From NCBI RefSeq assembly GCF_009914755.1, contig NC_060931.1: a stretch of DNA of 64,000 bases; one strand, 5' to 3'. Source of the stretch: the human T2T-CHM13v2.0 reference genome, Homo sapiens. The notes under the pieces are model-generated. The model saw only the letters and a program-made list of their open reading frames with translations. It had not been told where the DNA came from and did not search any database. Shown piece after piece: positions 1-12,382 of the stretch. The translations under genes and the position numbers were made by a program. Positions within the stretch are counted from its first letter, which is position 1. Each line of letters starts with the position of its first letter.

Positions 1-94
1 CTGTGTTCTGTACCTGGGACAATATGCTAGTAATCAATTTTAACATTGTGGAGTCTTTGAAAGGTTTGGGTTATATTTGGCCCCTTACGGATGA

Positions 95-255
95 AAATCT
101 AATAGGGTTAGTCAGGGAGTGGGTATGATGAGGCTTGTCCAGCATTTCGTGGCGGCCATGGAACTCAGATTCCAAGGGTTCCCTGTGGTCCTCATGGCCA
201 AGAGGGGCCCTCTTCAGTCACTTAAGGGCTCAGAATTTTATTTTAATTTCTTACC
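95..255 (-). mobile_element. ERV1 LTR 5' part, MER34/MER39-like; left boundary uncertain
   Basis: Reverse complement reads GTAAGAAATTAAAATAAAATTCTGAGCCC...CTCTTGGCCATGAGG, homologous to the head of the LTR at 423. Confidence 0.6.
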
Positions 256-422
256 ATCTTAAATTATTAATGGTTTTTTAGGAACGTGGGGAAATGTCTG
301 AGTTCTGCTTGAAATTGAAAAGCAGCATGTTTTAGTCCTTAGATACCACTCTTCTGATACATTGTCTAGTTTGAAATCTATTCATAACTTCACAAAGTTA
401 TTTTATCCTTTGAGATAGGTAC

Positions 423-1095
423 TGTAAACTAAAGATAAAATTGTAAGCAGACCATCTCTTGGCCATGGGGATGCCAGAGCAATCTTGAAAACTAAATTCT
501 TGGACATGATTGGAAGGGGTGTAAGACATACCTCCTTATACTGCCTCCCCCTGCTAACCACAATTGGCCTTTCTTCCCTAAGGGTCAAACAGAAACCAGC
601 TTTTTCAAAAGACTCTACCACGGATATCAGCCAACCATCTTATGCTGCCCCTTCATTTTTACTTGATAGGAGACCACCAATCACGGGATGTTTCTGGCCA
701 GTCTAAAGAGAATGCACAGTAAGGGTTTTCACGTCCTTTGCTTCACACTTTAATGTCAGAAGGTGGAAAACTTCACTGTCAGATCCTGCTAACACTGTCA
801 TTTTTTGAACATGAGACCCATGAAGGGGCATGAAGTGCCATTGCACATGCACACATTTCTCCTTTCATAAATATCCATGACTCCTCCTGTGGCTTAATGA
901 ATATGTGTATTTGGCCATCCTGCTCAGCATAAATGCCTGTTCCCTTTGCTCCTCATTTGAAATGTCTGCTTCCAGCTTCTGACCAGAGGCTATGCTGCCC
1001 AGTCTGTCAGCATGGCCACCTTGCAAGCTACAACCCTTTATGAGAAAAAAGCTCTCCTTTCCAAATTTGTGAACCTCATCATTCTTCAGTTGACA
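423..1095 (+). mobile_element. ERV1 solo LTR, MER39-like
   Basis: TG...CA termini (TGTAAAC...GTTGACA); perfect 4-bp TSD GTAC at 419-422 and 1096-1099; MER39-type head motif. Confidence 0.8.
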
Positions 1096-1130
1096 GTACA
1101 ATGGATGGGTCATTTATAATAGCAATATTA

Positions 1131-1427
1131 TTTCTATAGTCTGAATGTTTATGTTTCCTCAAAATTAATGTGTCGAAAACCTAACCCTAAAGATGGTGGT
1201 ATTGGGAGGTGGGGACTTTGGGAGTGATTAGGTGATGAAGGCAAAGCCCTCATTAATGGGATTAGTGACTTTATAAAAGAGGCCCAGAGGGTTGCCTTGC
1301 TTTTTCTACCATGTGAGCATGCGAGAAAAGGCGCGATCTATAAGGAATGGGTAGTCACCAAACATGGATTCTTCCTGCACTTTTGATCTTGTCCTTTTTG
1401 TCTCCAGAACCTGAATGGACTAAATTA
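1131..1427 (+). mobile_element. MaLR solo LTR, MLT1A-type, with internal deletion near the 3' end
   Basis: GGTATTGGGAGGTGGGGACTTTGGGAGTGATTAGG...AATGGGATTAGTGACTTTATAAAAGAGGCCCAGAG; ends CTGAATGGACTAA. Confidence 0.8.
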
Positions 1428-4328
1428 TACAGTAAAGTGGCACAATTTCTTGGCAGATTTCTCAGAGAAACATTACATATTTTACATATTATTTGTTGCA
1501 ATAATGCAAATTTTATCTTGCTAGAAAAGGAGAAAATAACTTGGTGACTTTCTTCATGGAAAGTTTGTAATACATTGTTTATTTATTTCCCATGAGGAAG
1601 AAAATATCATTGATTATATAATAAATATTAGAAAAATTTTAGACCTTAAAATTTTGCCTAAGACTTTGTGGAGCAAGTACATACAATAGAAAGATGGAAC
1701 ACAAAAGTGTTCAATCTAATATTTTAAGTATTGCATACAAGAGTCTCGTATCGTTACAAAGTAGCCTATATCATTTCATGTATAATTAACAGATCATTGT
1801 TGGCAAATGAGAGTATAGAGTCGCTAATTTTTGGTTAAAATCAGCTACTAACTAAAGATCTAGCAACCAGGTAAAATAAAAGCATGTCATATCAGATTAA
1901 ATTCTAACTTAAATCTAAACTTAGGTAATAAAACAAGCATAAAAAGTTATTCAAATTATTTCATCATCTGAATAAAGTTTTAGCTGCCTATAGTTTAACT
2001 GCTCAAATCACATTTTTCAATAAAAATTTATTTCAGGTAAACGTTTCCATATTGTGGAGGCAGGTTCAGTTAACCTTATTGGCTTCATTCAACCATAACC
2101 ATGATCCTTCAATTGCAGATAACCTAAGACCTTTAAAAAACAAGGTCCATGTGTTATCCCTAAGAATACAAGCTACATGATGTTCAAGAGTTTTAAATGC
2201 CATTCTTGCAAGGAGAAAGATTGACTCAATGATATGTTAGAAAATCCACATCATTTGTATGTTAGAAACACACACACACACACTTCTAATATCTATTGTT
2301 CTAATAAAAAAGTTGCTAAACTTGAACAGATATAAAGATAAATGAAGCACTTCTGGAAGTCACTTACAGAGTGAGACTTTCTAATTATAATGCTAATGAA
2401 CCACATCTTAGATGTAAATTTCTGATTAGGGAAACTGAAGAATCCTAAGTGAAATTTAAACTAATGAATGAATACACAATACCATACTGCCTATGTTGAA
2501 ATATTTTAAAGTACATTGCACATCTCAAAGCATCTACCATTTGAATTTTTGAGGACACATAGACTTCTTGGAAAAATAATTTGTGTTGCATAACCTATAA
2601 AATAAATATGCTAAAAAAGGACAATCATTTAAAAGGACTGCATTTCGAATATATCATGACTGAAATGTGTAGACTTCTACAACTGATTCCTAATGTTCCA
2701 TAGAGATAGAGCTACCTAAGCCATGGTTTAGGCAGTATGTTAATTATTTATAAATTTATTTATAAATGAGTGATGCCTCCACTCATTTTTTACATTGTAC
2801 CACATGGTTTGAAATGTATTAAAGGCAATGGCTCATCAATAGAGGAAATATGGTGAGAATAACTAAATTTCTCTTATTAATAAGGTGACACCAGAAGGAA
2901 GCAGCTAGTAATTTGCTAACTATCCAGTTCTTGAGATGAAGAGATGACCAAAAGCCATGATTAGACTTAGGCTCACCTGAATTAGGTGATTGGAATCTAC
3001 CTATATCAAATGCTCTATTACTTAGTATAAAGAACATGAGCATGCACCACAATCTAGGAGCCTTTGCAAAAATCTTATTTGTATCTAAAATTCAATGTTA
3101 GTTTTTTTAAACCCTCCAAAATCCAAGTAAACAGGGAAATAGAGCAATAAAATGCTTCTTAGTATAATTCACTTAATTTGGCACAAGTTTGCTTAAAGAA
3201 AGAAAGAGACTAAGTTGTAGAAAATGCCATTGATTTAGCTTCTTATCCACTTGCATTTACTTATTAAGGCGTAAATTAAATTATTTATGGGATATTTAAA
3301 CATTAATGAGGACATTTCATTTCTTATTTTCGCTTATTGCAAGAAAAGAAAGTGATGATATTGAATACATATAACAGCCTGTCAATGAATTCTCTAGGTG
3401 ACAAGCTAAATGTCAACTAAGTGCACTCAATAAACATAAACATACATATATTTTATATTGTTTAATAGTAGTTTACTATAGCTTAAGTAGTGAATAAACT
3501 ATCATGTGCAATTGGGACATTATTTTATTAAAAGGTGCTTTAATCATTTTTTTCCAAAATACATAAATTGGCTTTATTAAATCAGTAGAATGATTACAAA
3601 GTCTCATTTATTTATGTATTACCTTGAAAGGGCATAGAGCTATGGGAGACCTTCAGGTGTCTCTATTAGTACATATTATCTGTGATTTTTTACCCAGAGT
3701 GAGATCTGAGATTCTAAGAGTTTCCAATTTTTGCTAACTGTCCATTTTCAGTGGTTCAGTATCTGCCTCAGCTAATCTAAGGACCATTAACTGAAAATCA
3801 GTTCCTTAAATAACAAGTAGGGGATAGTTCATAAATACCTCAGAAGGCAACAGAATTACAAACTACAATATACTGCTTGGAATAACAAACATCCACCAAC
3901 TTCAAACCTCCCTCTTAGTTTGAGAACATACAACGGTAAGAAAGGTCTCAATTTTTTGTAGTAGACAATAAACCATTTACTTAGAAGTGGCTAGGTACAA
4001 AAGTGTCATTTTGTTCTGTGTATCATAAAACATGAATAAAAATTTCAGATGTAGTTCAGCTTTCTTATTAAGATGAATCCATTTCCAGTATTATGTATTA
4101 TTATTAATTACAGGAAATTCAAATTAGTAATGGTAAATTTATGCTGGGTATCGTGTGAAGGCTGAGGTAAAACAAAAAACTTAGTCAAACTTTTAAAAAA
4201 ATTATTATAAAAAATGAGATTAAAAAATTGGAGTGGTATGGAAAGCATGTAATTTTGTTCTGGTAATCTGGTATTCTTCATACATTCATAAAATACCTGC
4301 TGCTTTCAGACTGAAAATGTACACTGTA

Positions 4329-4643
4329 CAGTCATTCCTCAATATCTGTGGGAAATTGATTTCAGGACCCTCCCTAGCCCTCCTACTCACCAGTGCATAT
4401 CCAAATATATGGATGCTCAAGTCCTTGATATAAAATGATGTATTCTTTGCATATAAACAAAGCAAATTCTCTCCTGTTCTTTAAATCATATCTAGATGAC
4501 ATAATACCTAATACAATGTAAATGTTATATAGTTGTCATATCATTTTTTAAAATTTGTATTAATTTTATTTTTTCAAATGTTTTAGATTTGAAACATTTC
4601 TGTTTCAAATGATGAATAAACCACAGATAAGGAGAGATGACTA
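4329..4643 (+). mobile_element. MER2 DNA-transposon MITE (TcMar-Tigger)
   Basis: CAGTC...GACTA degenerate TIRs with TA on both sides (4327-4328, 4644-4645); core GGATGCTCAAGTCCTTGATATAAAATG. Confidence 0.85.
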
Positions 4644-5221
4644 TAGTTTCATAATTTTGAAGGACTTCTCATTTATATTTATTACTTTCCTTTTCTATTT
4701 TTTTCCATCTTAAAATTAGCCCTTGGAACTTTTGAACATGAGCAGTGAAAGAGAGCACAGGGAAATCAGTCCACAGATGAATTTTTCTTTCATTTTTATT
4801 TTACCAAAGAAAACTCCATCTAGTCTGTGAGTATATGGAAACTTAATTAAGCTTCAGCCTCCATCTCTCTGATGTTCATAACTAATGTCAAAAAAAGACT
4901 TAAATTATCTGCTTGGGAGCTTTGAGGGTCAGCTGCTACTTTCCTTAGTTTCAAATTGCAGATAAATAAATGTCACAAAAGAAAAAAAAATCGTACAATA
5001 GTTGAGTCTCACTCATATAAAAATAATCTAAAGCTTATATAATTACTTTCTAAAATGGCAAAATTACTTTCAGCAAAATGGCAAAATAGGAAGTTCCAGA
5101 CCCTTCTTCCCCACAAAAACAAAAAACAAAACAAAACAAAACAAACACTTCAATTCAACAATACATGAAAAAAAGACCCTGTGTGAAAAATCCAGAAAAC
5201 TGTTAAGAAGTTCCTGAACCA

Positions 5222-5465
5222 GAGTTCGAGACCAGCCTGGCGAACAGGTGAAACACCATCTCTTCTAAAAATACAAAAATTAGCCAGGCGTGGTGGTGGG
5301 TGCCTGTAATCCCAGCTACTCAGGAGGCTGAGTCAGGAAGAATGGCCTGAACCTGAGAGGTGGAGGTTGCAGTGACCTGAGATTGTGCCATTGCACTCCA
5401 GCCTGGATGACAGAGTGAGACTCTGTCTCAAAAAAAAATAGAAAAGAAAAAAAGAAAAAAAAAAT
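5222..5465 (+). mobile_element. 5'-truncated Alu (AluS-like)
   Basis: Starts at B box GAGTTCGAGACC; A tail; 14-bp TSD AAGTTCCTGAACCA at 5208-5221 and 5466-5479. Confidence 0.95.
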
Positions 5466-6081
5466 AAGTTCCTGAACCATAAAGCAAGCTGCACAAAAGC
5501 TGATAGAAAAATTCATGAATTTCACCATAGTCACAGTCACTCTCCCTGGTTCAGCCAGGTGTGATTGGTGAAAACACTCCCAACTCCGAGCTTCTCCCTA
5601 AGGAAGGATAGAAAAGCCTGAAATGTATATCTAAGATGCAAAGTTTTTGAGAGTCTGCCAGAGAAATTGGTTCCCATCTTGCCTGAATCAAGGACCAATA
5701 GAAAAGTGCATCAGATTAGGGGCCAATGAAAACACATGTGAAAATTTGGACTAGCATGTACCAACTCACCTAATGCACTACCCTTTGTTCAGGGTGGAAT
5801 GAGTAGGAGAAAACCCCTATCTCCCAGATTCTCCTTGGAAAGGAAAAGAGCTAAACTCTCCATCAAATGTTTCAGTTTTGGGGGGATGACCAGAAAACTT
5901 GTTTCTGTTTCACCTGTCTTAAAGCACTAAGTGGATCTGGCATATTATATATATCTGAGGGCCTCTGAGAACAAAAGAGAGCTGAGCACCTTACTGCTGT
6001 TCTAGAGGACCTGACATATAGCACACAGAGACCAATACAGTTTCGCAATCTCTCATTTATCAGGAAAAGAAAAGGGTAGAG

Positions 6082-6563
6082 TGTCACACGCGTCCGTGTA
6101 AAGAGACCACCAAACAGGCTTTGTGTGAACAATAAAGTTTTTAATCACCTGGGTGCAGGTGGGCTGAGTCCAAAAAGAGAGTCATCAAACGGTGGTGGGA
6201 TTATCATTAGTTCTTATAGGTTTGAGATAGGCGGTGGAGTTAGGAGCAATTTTTTATGGACAGGGGGTGATCTTACAAAGTACATTCTCAAGGGTGGGGA
6301 GAATATTACAAAGTACCTTCTTAAGGGCAGGGGAATATCACAAAGTACATTATCACAAGGGCGGGGAGGGTATACTGTCAAAAGGTCAATTGGTCAGTTA
6401 GGGTGGGGCAAGAACAAATCACAATGGTGGAAGGTCATCAGTTAAGGCAGGACCTGGCTATTTTCACTTCTTCTGTGGATCTTCAGTTGCTTCAGGCCAT
6501 CTAGATGTATACACACAGGTCACAGGGGATATGATGGCTTAGCTTGGGCTCAGAGGCCTGACA
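6082..6563 (-). mobile_element. HERV-H solo LTR (LTR7 family, LTR7B/7C-like)
   Basis: Minus strand begins TGTCAGGCCTCTGAGCCCAAGCTAAGCCATC and ends GGACGCGTGTGACA; internal ~32-bp repeats at 6275-6370; 5-bp TSD TAGAG/CAGAG (1 mismatch). Confidence 0.92.
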
Positions 6564-7882
6564 CAGAGTATGCATGCAACCATGTTGCTTTTCAGGGAGC
6601 TTCCCAAGGAAATGGTTTCTGTCACACGTAAGTCAGAGCATTAATGAGATCCATAATACTCTAGAAGCCTGGGAGGTTCTGAAACCAAAAGAGGGCTGGA
6701 TAGATTGCAGCAGCTCTGGAGAACCGTGACCACAGACACCAGAGGGAAAAAACAATTATGATCTTCTGCAAAAAGAAAAGAACAAACCCAAGTCCAGAGA
6801 AGATGCATTCACAAAAAGGGTTTGAGAGGCCCCCAGAAGTGCTACTTTTTCTGATTGATAAAGGTCTATACCCATAAAAAGTCAGGTTATAAAGACTGGC
6901 AGAGGTGGCTGTTCTTTCAAATGTGCAGATCTCAACACTAACTTATAAAACACATGAAAAATCAGAGAAACATGGCTCAATTAAAGGAACAAGGTAAATG
7001 TCCATAAAATTAACCTAAATAATTGAATTATGTAAATTACATGACAAAAATTCAAAATTACCATAATGATGCTCAATGAATTCAATAAAATATATAAACC
7101 AAATGTCATATCAACATAGAGATAGAAAATATATAAAAAGAACCAAAGGGATATTTTGGTGCATAAATATGTAAGAACTAACTAAAATGTTTTCTAGAGA
7201 CATTCAACAGCAGACTAGAGCAAGCAGAACAAAGGATTAGCAAACTTAAGAACAAGTCATTTGAAATTATTCAGATAAAAATATTTTAATTTAAAAAAGT
7301 AAAGAAACCCTAAAAGACTCATGAAGTTTCCAGAAGAAGAAGAGAAAAAGAAAGAGAGATGCAGATTATTTAAAGAAATAATGACAAAGTGAACTCAAAT
7401 CTAGGAAGGAAATTTAATCTTCAGATTCAGAAAGCCCAAAGGACTTCAACTGGAATAAATCCAAAGAATTCTACACCAAGACACATTACAGTCAAATTGA
7501 TAAAAGTTAAACACAAAGAGAAAATTTTGAAGGGTGCAAGAGAAAAGCAATCTGTCACATAAAAGGGAGCATCCATAAGACTATCAGCAAATTTCTCAGC
7601 AGAAAACTTGCAGGCCAAAAGGGAATGGGTTGATATATAAAGTATTGAAGAAAAAGAAAAAAGAAAAAAACTAAATACACTCCAAGAATACTGTATCTGG
7701 CAAACCTACTCTCCTAACTGAAGAAAAAATAATGTCTCTTCCAGATAAAGAAATGCTGATGGAGTTCATCACTACTGGAGTAAAATGCTAAAGGCAGTTT
7801 CTAAAGTTGAAATGAAATAATACTAGATGACAATACAAAAGTATATAACAGTATAATGCTTCATCGTAGGTGTATTAGGCCA

Positions 7883-9353
7883 TGACCAAAATGCTGATAG
7901 TGATATGGATAGTGAAGATCAGGCTGACACTGCCTTGAATGGAAATGAGGAACTTATTTGGAACTGGAGCAAAGGTCATGTATGTTATGCCTTAGTAAAG
8001 AACTTGGCTATATTTTATCCTTGCCCCAGGGATCCCTGGAAGTTTAAACTTGAGAGTAATGACTTCGAATATCTGATGGAAGAAATTTCTATGCAGCAAA
8101 GCATTCAAGATGTGGCCTGTCTGCTTCTAATACTCTACACTCAGATGTGGAAGCAAAGAAATGACTTAAAGTTGGAATTTCTATTTAAATAGAAAGCACA
8201 GGGGAGACATTTGGAAAATTTGCATCCTGGCCATGTGACAGAGAAATATAAAGCTTTTGGGAGAGAGGAGTTCAAGTAGGCTGTGGAGAAACCATTTGCT
8301 AGAGATTTCTGTATAGCTAAAAGAGAGTCAAGAGCTAATATTCAAGACAATGGGGAAAATATCTCAAAGGCATTTCATAGACCTTTATGTCATCCCCTCC
8401 CATTTCAGGACCAAAAGCCTAGAAGAAAAAAAAAATGTTTTGTGGGCCAGGCCCAGTGACCAGCTGCCCTGAGCAGCCTCATGATTCTTCTCCTCACTTT
8501 CCATCCACTCCAATGCCAGCCGTGGTACAAAGGGTCCCAGGTACAGCTCGAGCAGCTGCTCCAGCTCAAGAAGGTATAAGCAAGCCAAAAGCCTTGGCAT
8601 CTTCCAAGTGGTGTTAAGCCTGTGGGTATGCAGAGTGTAAGAGTAAAAAAAGCATGGAAGCCTCCACCTAGATTTCACAGGATATATAAAAAAGCCCAGA
8701 TGCCCAGGCAGAAGCATGCTGCAGAGACAGACCCCTCACATGGAATCTCTACTAGGGCAGTCCCAGGGGGAAATGTGGGATTGGAGACCCCACACAGAGT
8801 CCTCACTGTGGCACAGCTTAGTGTAGCTATGAGTATGGGGCCACCATCCTCCAGACCCCATAATGGTAGATCCACTGGTAGCTTGCATCCTATACCTGGA
8901 AAAGCTGTAGGCACTCAAATTGTGAGAGTAGTCATGGGGGCTGAACCCTGAAAAGCCACAAAGGCAGTGCTGCCCAAGGCCATGGGAGCCCACCCCTTGC
9001 ATCAGTGTGCCCTGAATGTGGAAAGTGGAGTCGAAAGAGATTATTTTGGAGCTTTGAAATTTAACAGCTACAATACTGGGTTTCAAACTTGCACAGGCCC
9101 TAAAGCCCCTTTCTTTTGGCTAATAAAATGAGAAAGATTACCCAGTGCCTATACCCTCATTGAATCTTAGAAGTGAATAACTTGTTTGGATTTGACAGGC
9201 TCATCAATGGAAAGGACTTTCATTTTCTTACATGAGACTTGGGACTTTTGAGCTAATGCTGGAATGATATATGACTTTGGGGGTCTGTTGAGAGGGATGA
9301 TTGTATTTTGCAATGTAAAAAGGACATGAGATTTGGGGGGTCCAGGGGTAGAA
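7883..9353 (+). mobile_element. MST-int (MaLR internal) copy 1, lacking its first ~165 bp (found inverted at 11785-11940)
   Basis: Degenerate MaLR ORF (GNEELIWNWSKGHVCYALVKNL...); homologous to 9759-11366. Confidence 0.88.
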
Positions 9354-9758
9354 TGACACAGTTTGGATGTTTGGCCCCTACCATGTTGAGATGCAATTCC
9401 CAAAGTGGGAGGTTGGCTCAGGCCTGCTGGGAGGTGTCTTAATCATGGGGACAGATCCTTCATTAATGGCTTGGGCCATCCCTGTGGTGTTAAGTGAGCA
9501 CTTGCTCTGAGTTCACACGTTGGGTTATTTAAAATAGTGTGGCACCTCCCTCACTCTCTTTTTTACACCTGCTTTTGCCATGTGACTCTTCAACTTCTGC
9601 CATAACTGTAAGATTCCTGAGGCCTCTCCAGAAGCTGAGCAGATATTGACACCATGTGTTCTGTAAAGCTTAAAGAACTATGAGCCAATTAAACCTCTTT
9701 TATTTATAAATTATCTATTCTCAGGTATTTCTATATAGTTAAAAAAAGGCCTAACACA
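9354..9758 (+). mobile_element. MST LTR (MSTA/MSTB-type), middle LTR
   Basis: TGACACAGTTTGGATG...GGCCTAACACA; preceded by a purine-rich tract. Confidence 0.88.
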
Positions 9759-11366
9759 AAAATTGGTACCAGAGAGTAGAGCATTTCTATAAAGATGCCT
9801 GAAAATGTGAAATCAACTTTGGAACTGGTAACAGGTAGATGTTGGAAGAGTTTGAAGGGTTCAGAAGAAGGCAGGAAAATCAGGGAAAGTTGGAAACTTC
9901 TTAGAGACTGGTTAATTGTGACCAAAATGCTGATAGTGATACTGAAAGTGAAAATCCAAGCTTACACAGTCTCAGATGGAAATGAGGTACTTATTTTGTA
10001 CTAGAGCAAAACTGCCTTGTGTTATGCCTTTGCAAAGAATTTGGCTACATTGTATCCATGCCCTCAGGATCTGTGGAAGTTTGGATTTGAGGATGACGAT
10101 TTAGAGTATCTGGTGGAAGAAATTTCTAACCAGCAATGCATTGAAGATGTGTCCCAGCTGCTTCTAACAGCCTATGCTCTTATCTAGGATCAAAGGAATG
10201 ACTTAAATTTGGAACTTATATTTAAAAGAGAAGCAGAGTACAAAAGTTTGGAAAATTTGCATCCTGGCCATATATAAAAAGCTCTTTTGGTAGAGGAATC
10301 CAAACAGGCTGTGGAGCAATCACTTCTAGAGATATTTACATAACTAAAAAAGAGCCAAATGCTAATATCCAAGACAATGGGAAAAGGCTTTGAAAGCCTG
10401 TCAGAGACCTTTTTGGCAGCCCCACCCCTCACAGACCAAGAGTCCTAGCAGGTAAAAATGGTTTCATGGGCTAGGCCCAAGGTCCTGCTACCCTGCACAG
10501 CCTCGGGATAATGCTTGCTACATCCAATCTGCTCCAGCTACAGCTTCAGCTCAGAGGGCCCCCAGGTAAAACTTGGGCCACTCCTTCAGCCTTGGTGGTT
10601 CCATGTGATGTTAATTCTGCAGGCACAGAGAGTGCAAGAGTGAATGAGGCTTGGCAACCTCTACCTCTATCTAGATTTCATAGTGAATATATGGAAAACC
10701 CTGGCTGTCCAGACAGAAACCTGCTGCATTGGAACAGCCTCAGAGAATTCCTACAAGGCCAGTGCCAAGGGAAAATATGGGGTTGGAGTCCCCACACAGA
10801 GTCCTCACTGGGACACTGCTTAGTATAGCTGTGAAAAGGGGTTTTCCATGCTCCAGACCCCAAAATGGTAGATCTACCTGCAGCTTGTACCTTGAACCTG
10901 GAATAGCCACTGGCACTTTACAACTTCCGAGAGCAGACTCAGAGGCTGAACCCTGCAAAGCCTCAGTGATGGAGCTCCTAAGGCCTTTGCAGCCCACCCC
11001 TTGCATCGGTGTGCCCTGGATGTGGGAAATTAAGTAAAAGGAGATTATTTTGGCACTTTAAGATTTAATAACTGCCCTGCTGGATTTCACACTTGCATGG
11101 GGACTGTAACCTCTATTTTTGTCCAATTTCTCTCTTTTAGTATAATAATGTTTACCCAATGCCTAAACTCCCATTGTATACAGAAAGTAAATAACTTGTT
11201 TTTGATTTTACAGGATCATAGGTGGAAGAACTTTCCTTGTCTCAGATGAGACTTTGGACTTTTGTGTTAATGCTGGAATGAGTTAAGACTTTGGAAGGCT
11301 ATTGAGAAGGGATGATTTTATTTTGAAATGTGAGAAAGACATACTATTTGAGAGGTGAGGAGCAGA
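9759..11366 (+). mobile_element. MST-int copy 2, complete
   Basis: Starts AAAATTGGTACC right after the LTR; MPENVKSTLELVTGRCWKSLKGSEE-type MaLR ORF remnant. Confidence 0.88.
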
Positions 11367-11784
11367 TGATATAGTTTGTATGTCTCCTTCCAAACCTTAT
11401 TTTGAAATGCAATTTCCATTGTTGGATATAGGTCCTGGTGAGAGGTGTTTAGATGATGAGGATGGATCCCTCACAAATGGCTTGAGCCATCTCATTCACG
11501 ATAAATGTGTTCTTACTTTGAGTTCACACAAGATTTGGTTATTTAAAACTATATGGCACCTCTTCTCCCATTTTCTTTTTCTCTCTTGTTCCTGCTCTGG
11601 CCATGTGATATGCCTGCTCCTGCTTTGCCTTCTGCCATGAGAAAAGCTTCCTGAGACCTTCACAGAAGTGGATACCAGCATTATGCTTCCTATGTTACCA
11701 GTAGAATTGTTAGCCAATTACAGTTTTCTCATAAATTACCTAGTCTCAGGTATTTCTTTATAGCAATGCAAGAATGGCCTAATA
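11367..11784 (+). mobile_element. MST LTR lacking its terminal CA
   Basis: TGATATAGTTTG...GCAAGAATGGCCTAATA. Confidence 0.88.
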
Positions 11785-12382
11785 ATTAGTCCTTAAGAAG
11801 TTCCAAACTTTCCTTGATCTTTGTGTCCTCTTCTGAGCCCTCCAAACTCTTCAGACCTATGCCTTTCACCCAATTCCAAAGCAATTTCTACATTTTCAAG
11901 TATCTTTCCAGCAGTGCCTCTCTCCTTGGTATAAATTTTCTGTGTTAGATCATTCTTTCATTACTATAAGAAATACGTAAGACTGGGTAATTTATAATGA
12001 ACAGAGCTTTAATTGGCTCACAGTCTGCAAGCTTTGTAGGAAGCATGTTACCAACATCTGCTCAGCTTCTGGGAGGCTTCAGGAAGCTTACAATCATAAA
12101 AGAAGTTGAAGAGAGAGAAGGTGGCACATGGCAAAAGCAGGAGTAATAGAGAGTGTGTGTGTGTGGGTGGAAGGCGGAGGTGCTACACACTTTTAAAACA
12201 CCCGATGTTGTGTGAACTCAGAGAAAGTGCTCACTTATCACCAAGGGGATGGCCCAAGCCATTCAGGAGAGATCTGCCCCCATGATCAAAACACCTCCCA
12301 CCAGGACTGAGATCACCTCCAACATTGGGAATTATATTTCAAAATGAGATTTGAGTGGGGACAAATAATCCAAACTATGTCA
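11785..12382 (-). mobile_element. MST 5' LTR (11941-12382) plus first ~155 bp of internal sequence (11785-11940)
   Basis: Minus strand: TGACATAGTTTGGA...CTAACACA then GAAAATTTATACC...GGAACTTCTTAAGGACTAAT. Confidence 0.88.

Noticed and set aside
6275-6370. CRISPR-like or novel repeat array (ACAAAGTAC units)
   Set aside because: These are the internal tandem repeats of the LTR7 U3 region; there are no unique spacers and no cas genes, and the DNA is eukaryotic.
7905-11037. MaLR internal ORFs as functional proteins
   Set aside because: Short, frameshifted remnants of the non-autonomous MaLR ORF with no intact long frame.
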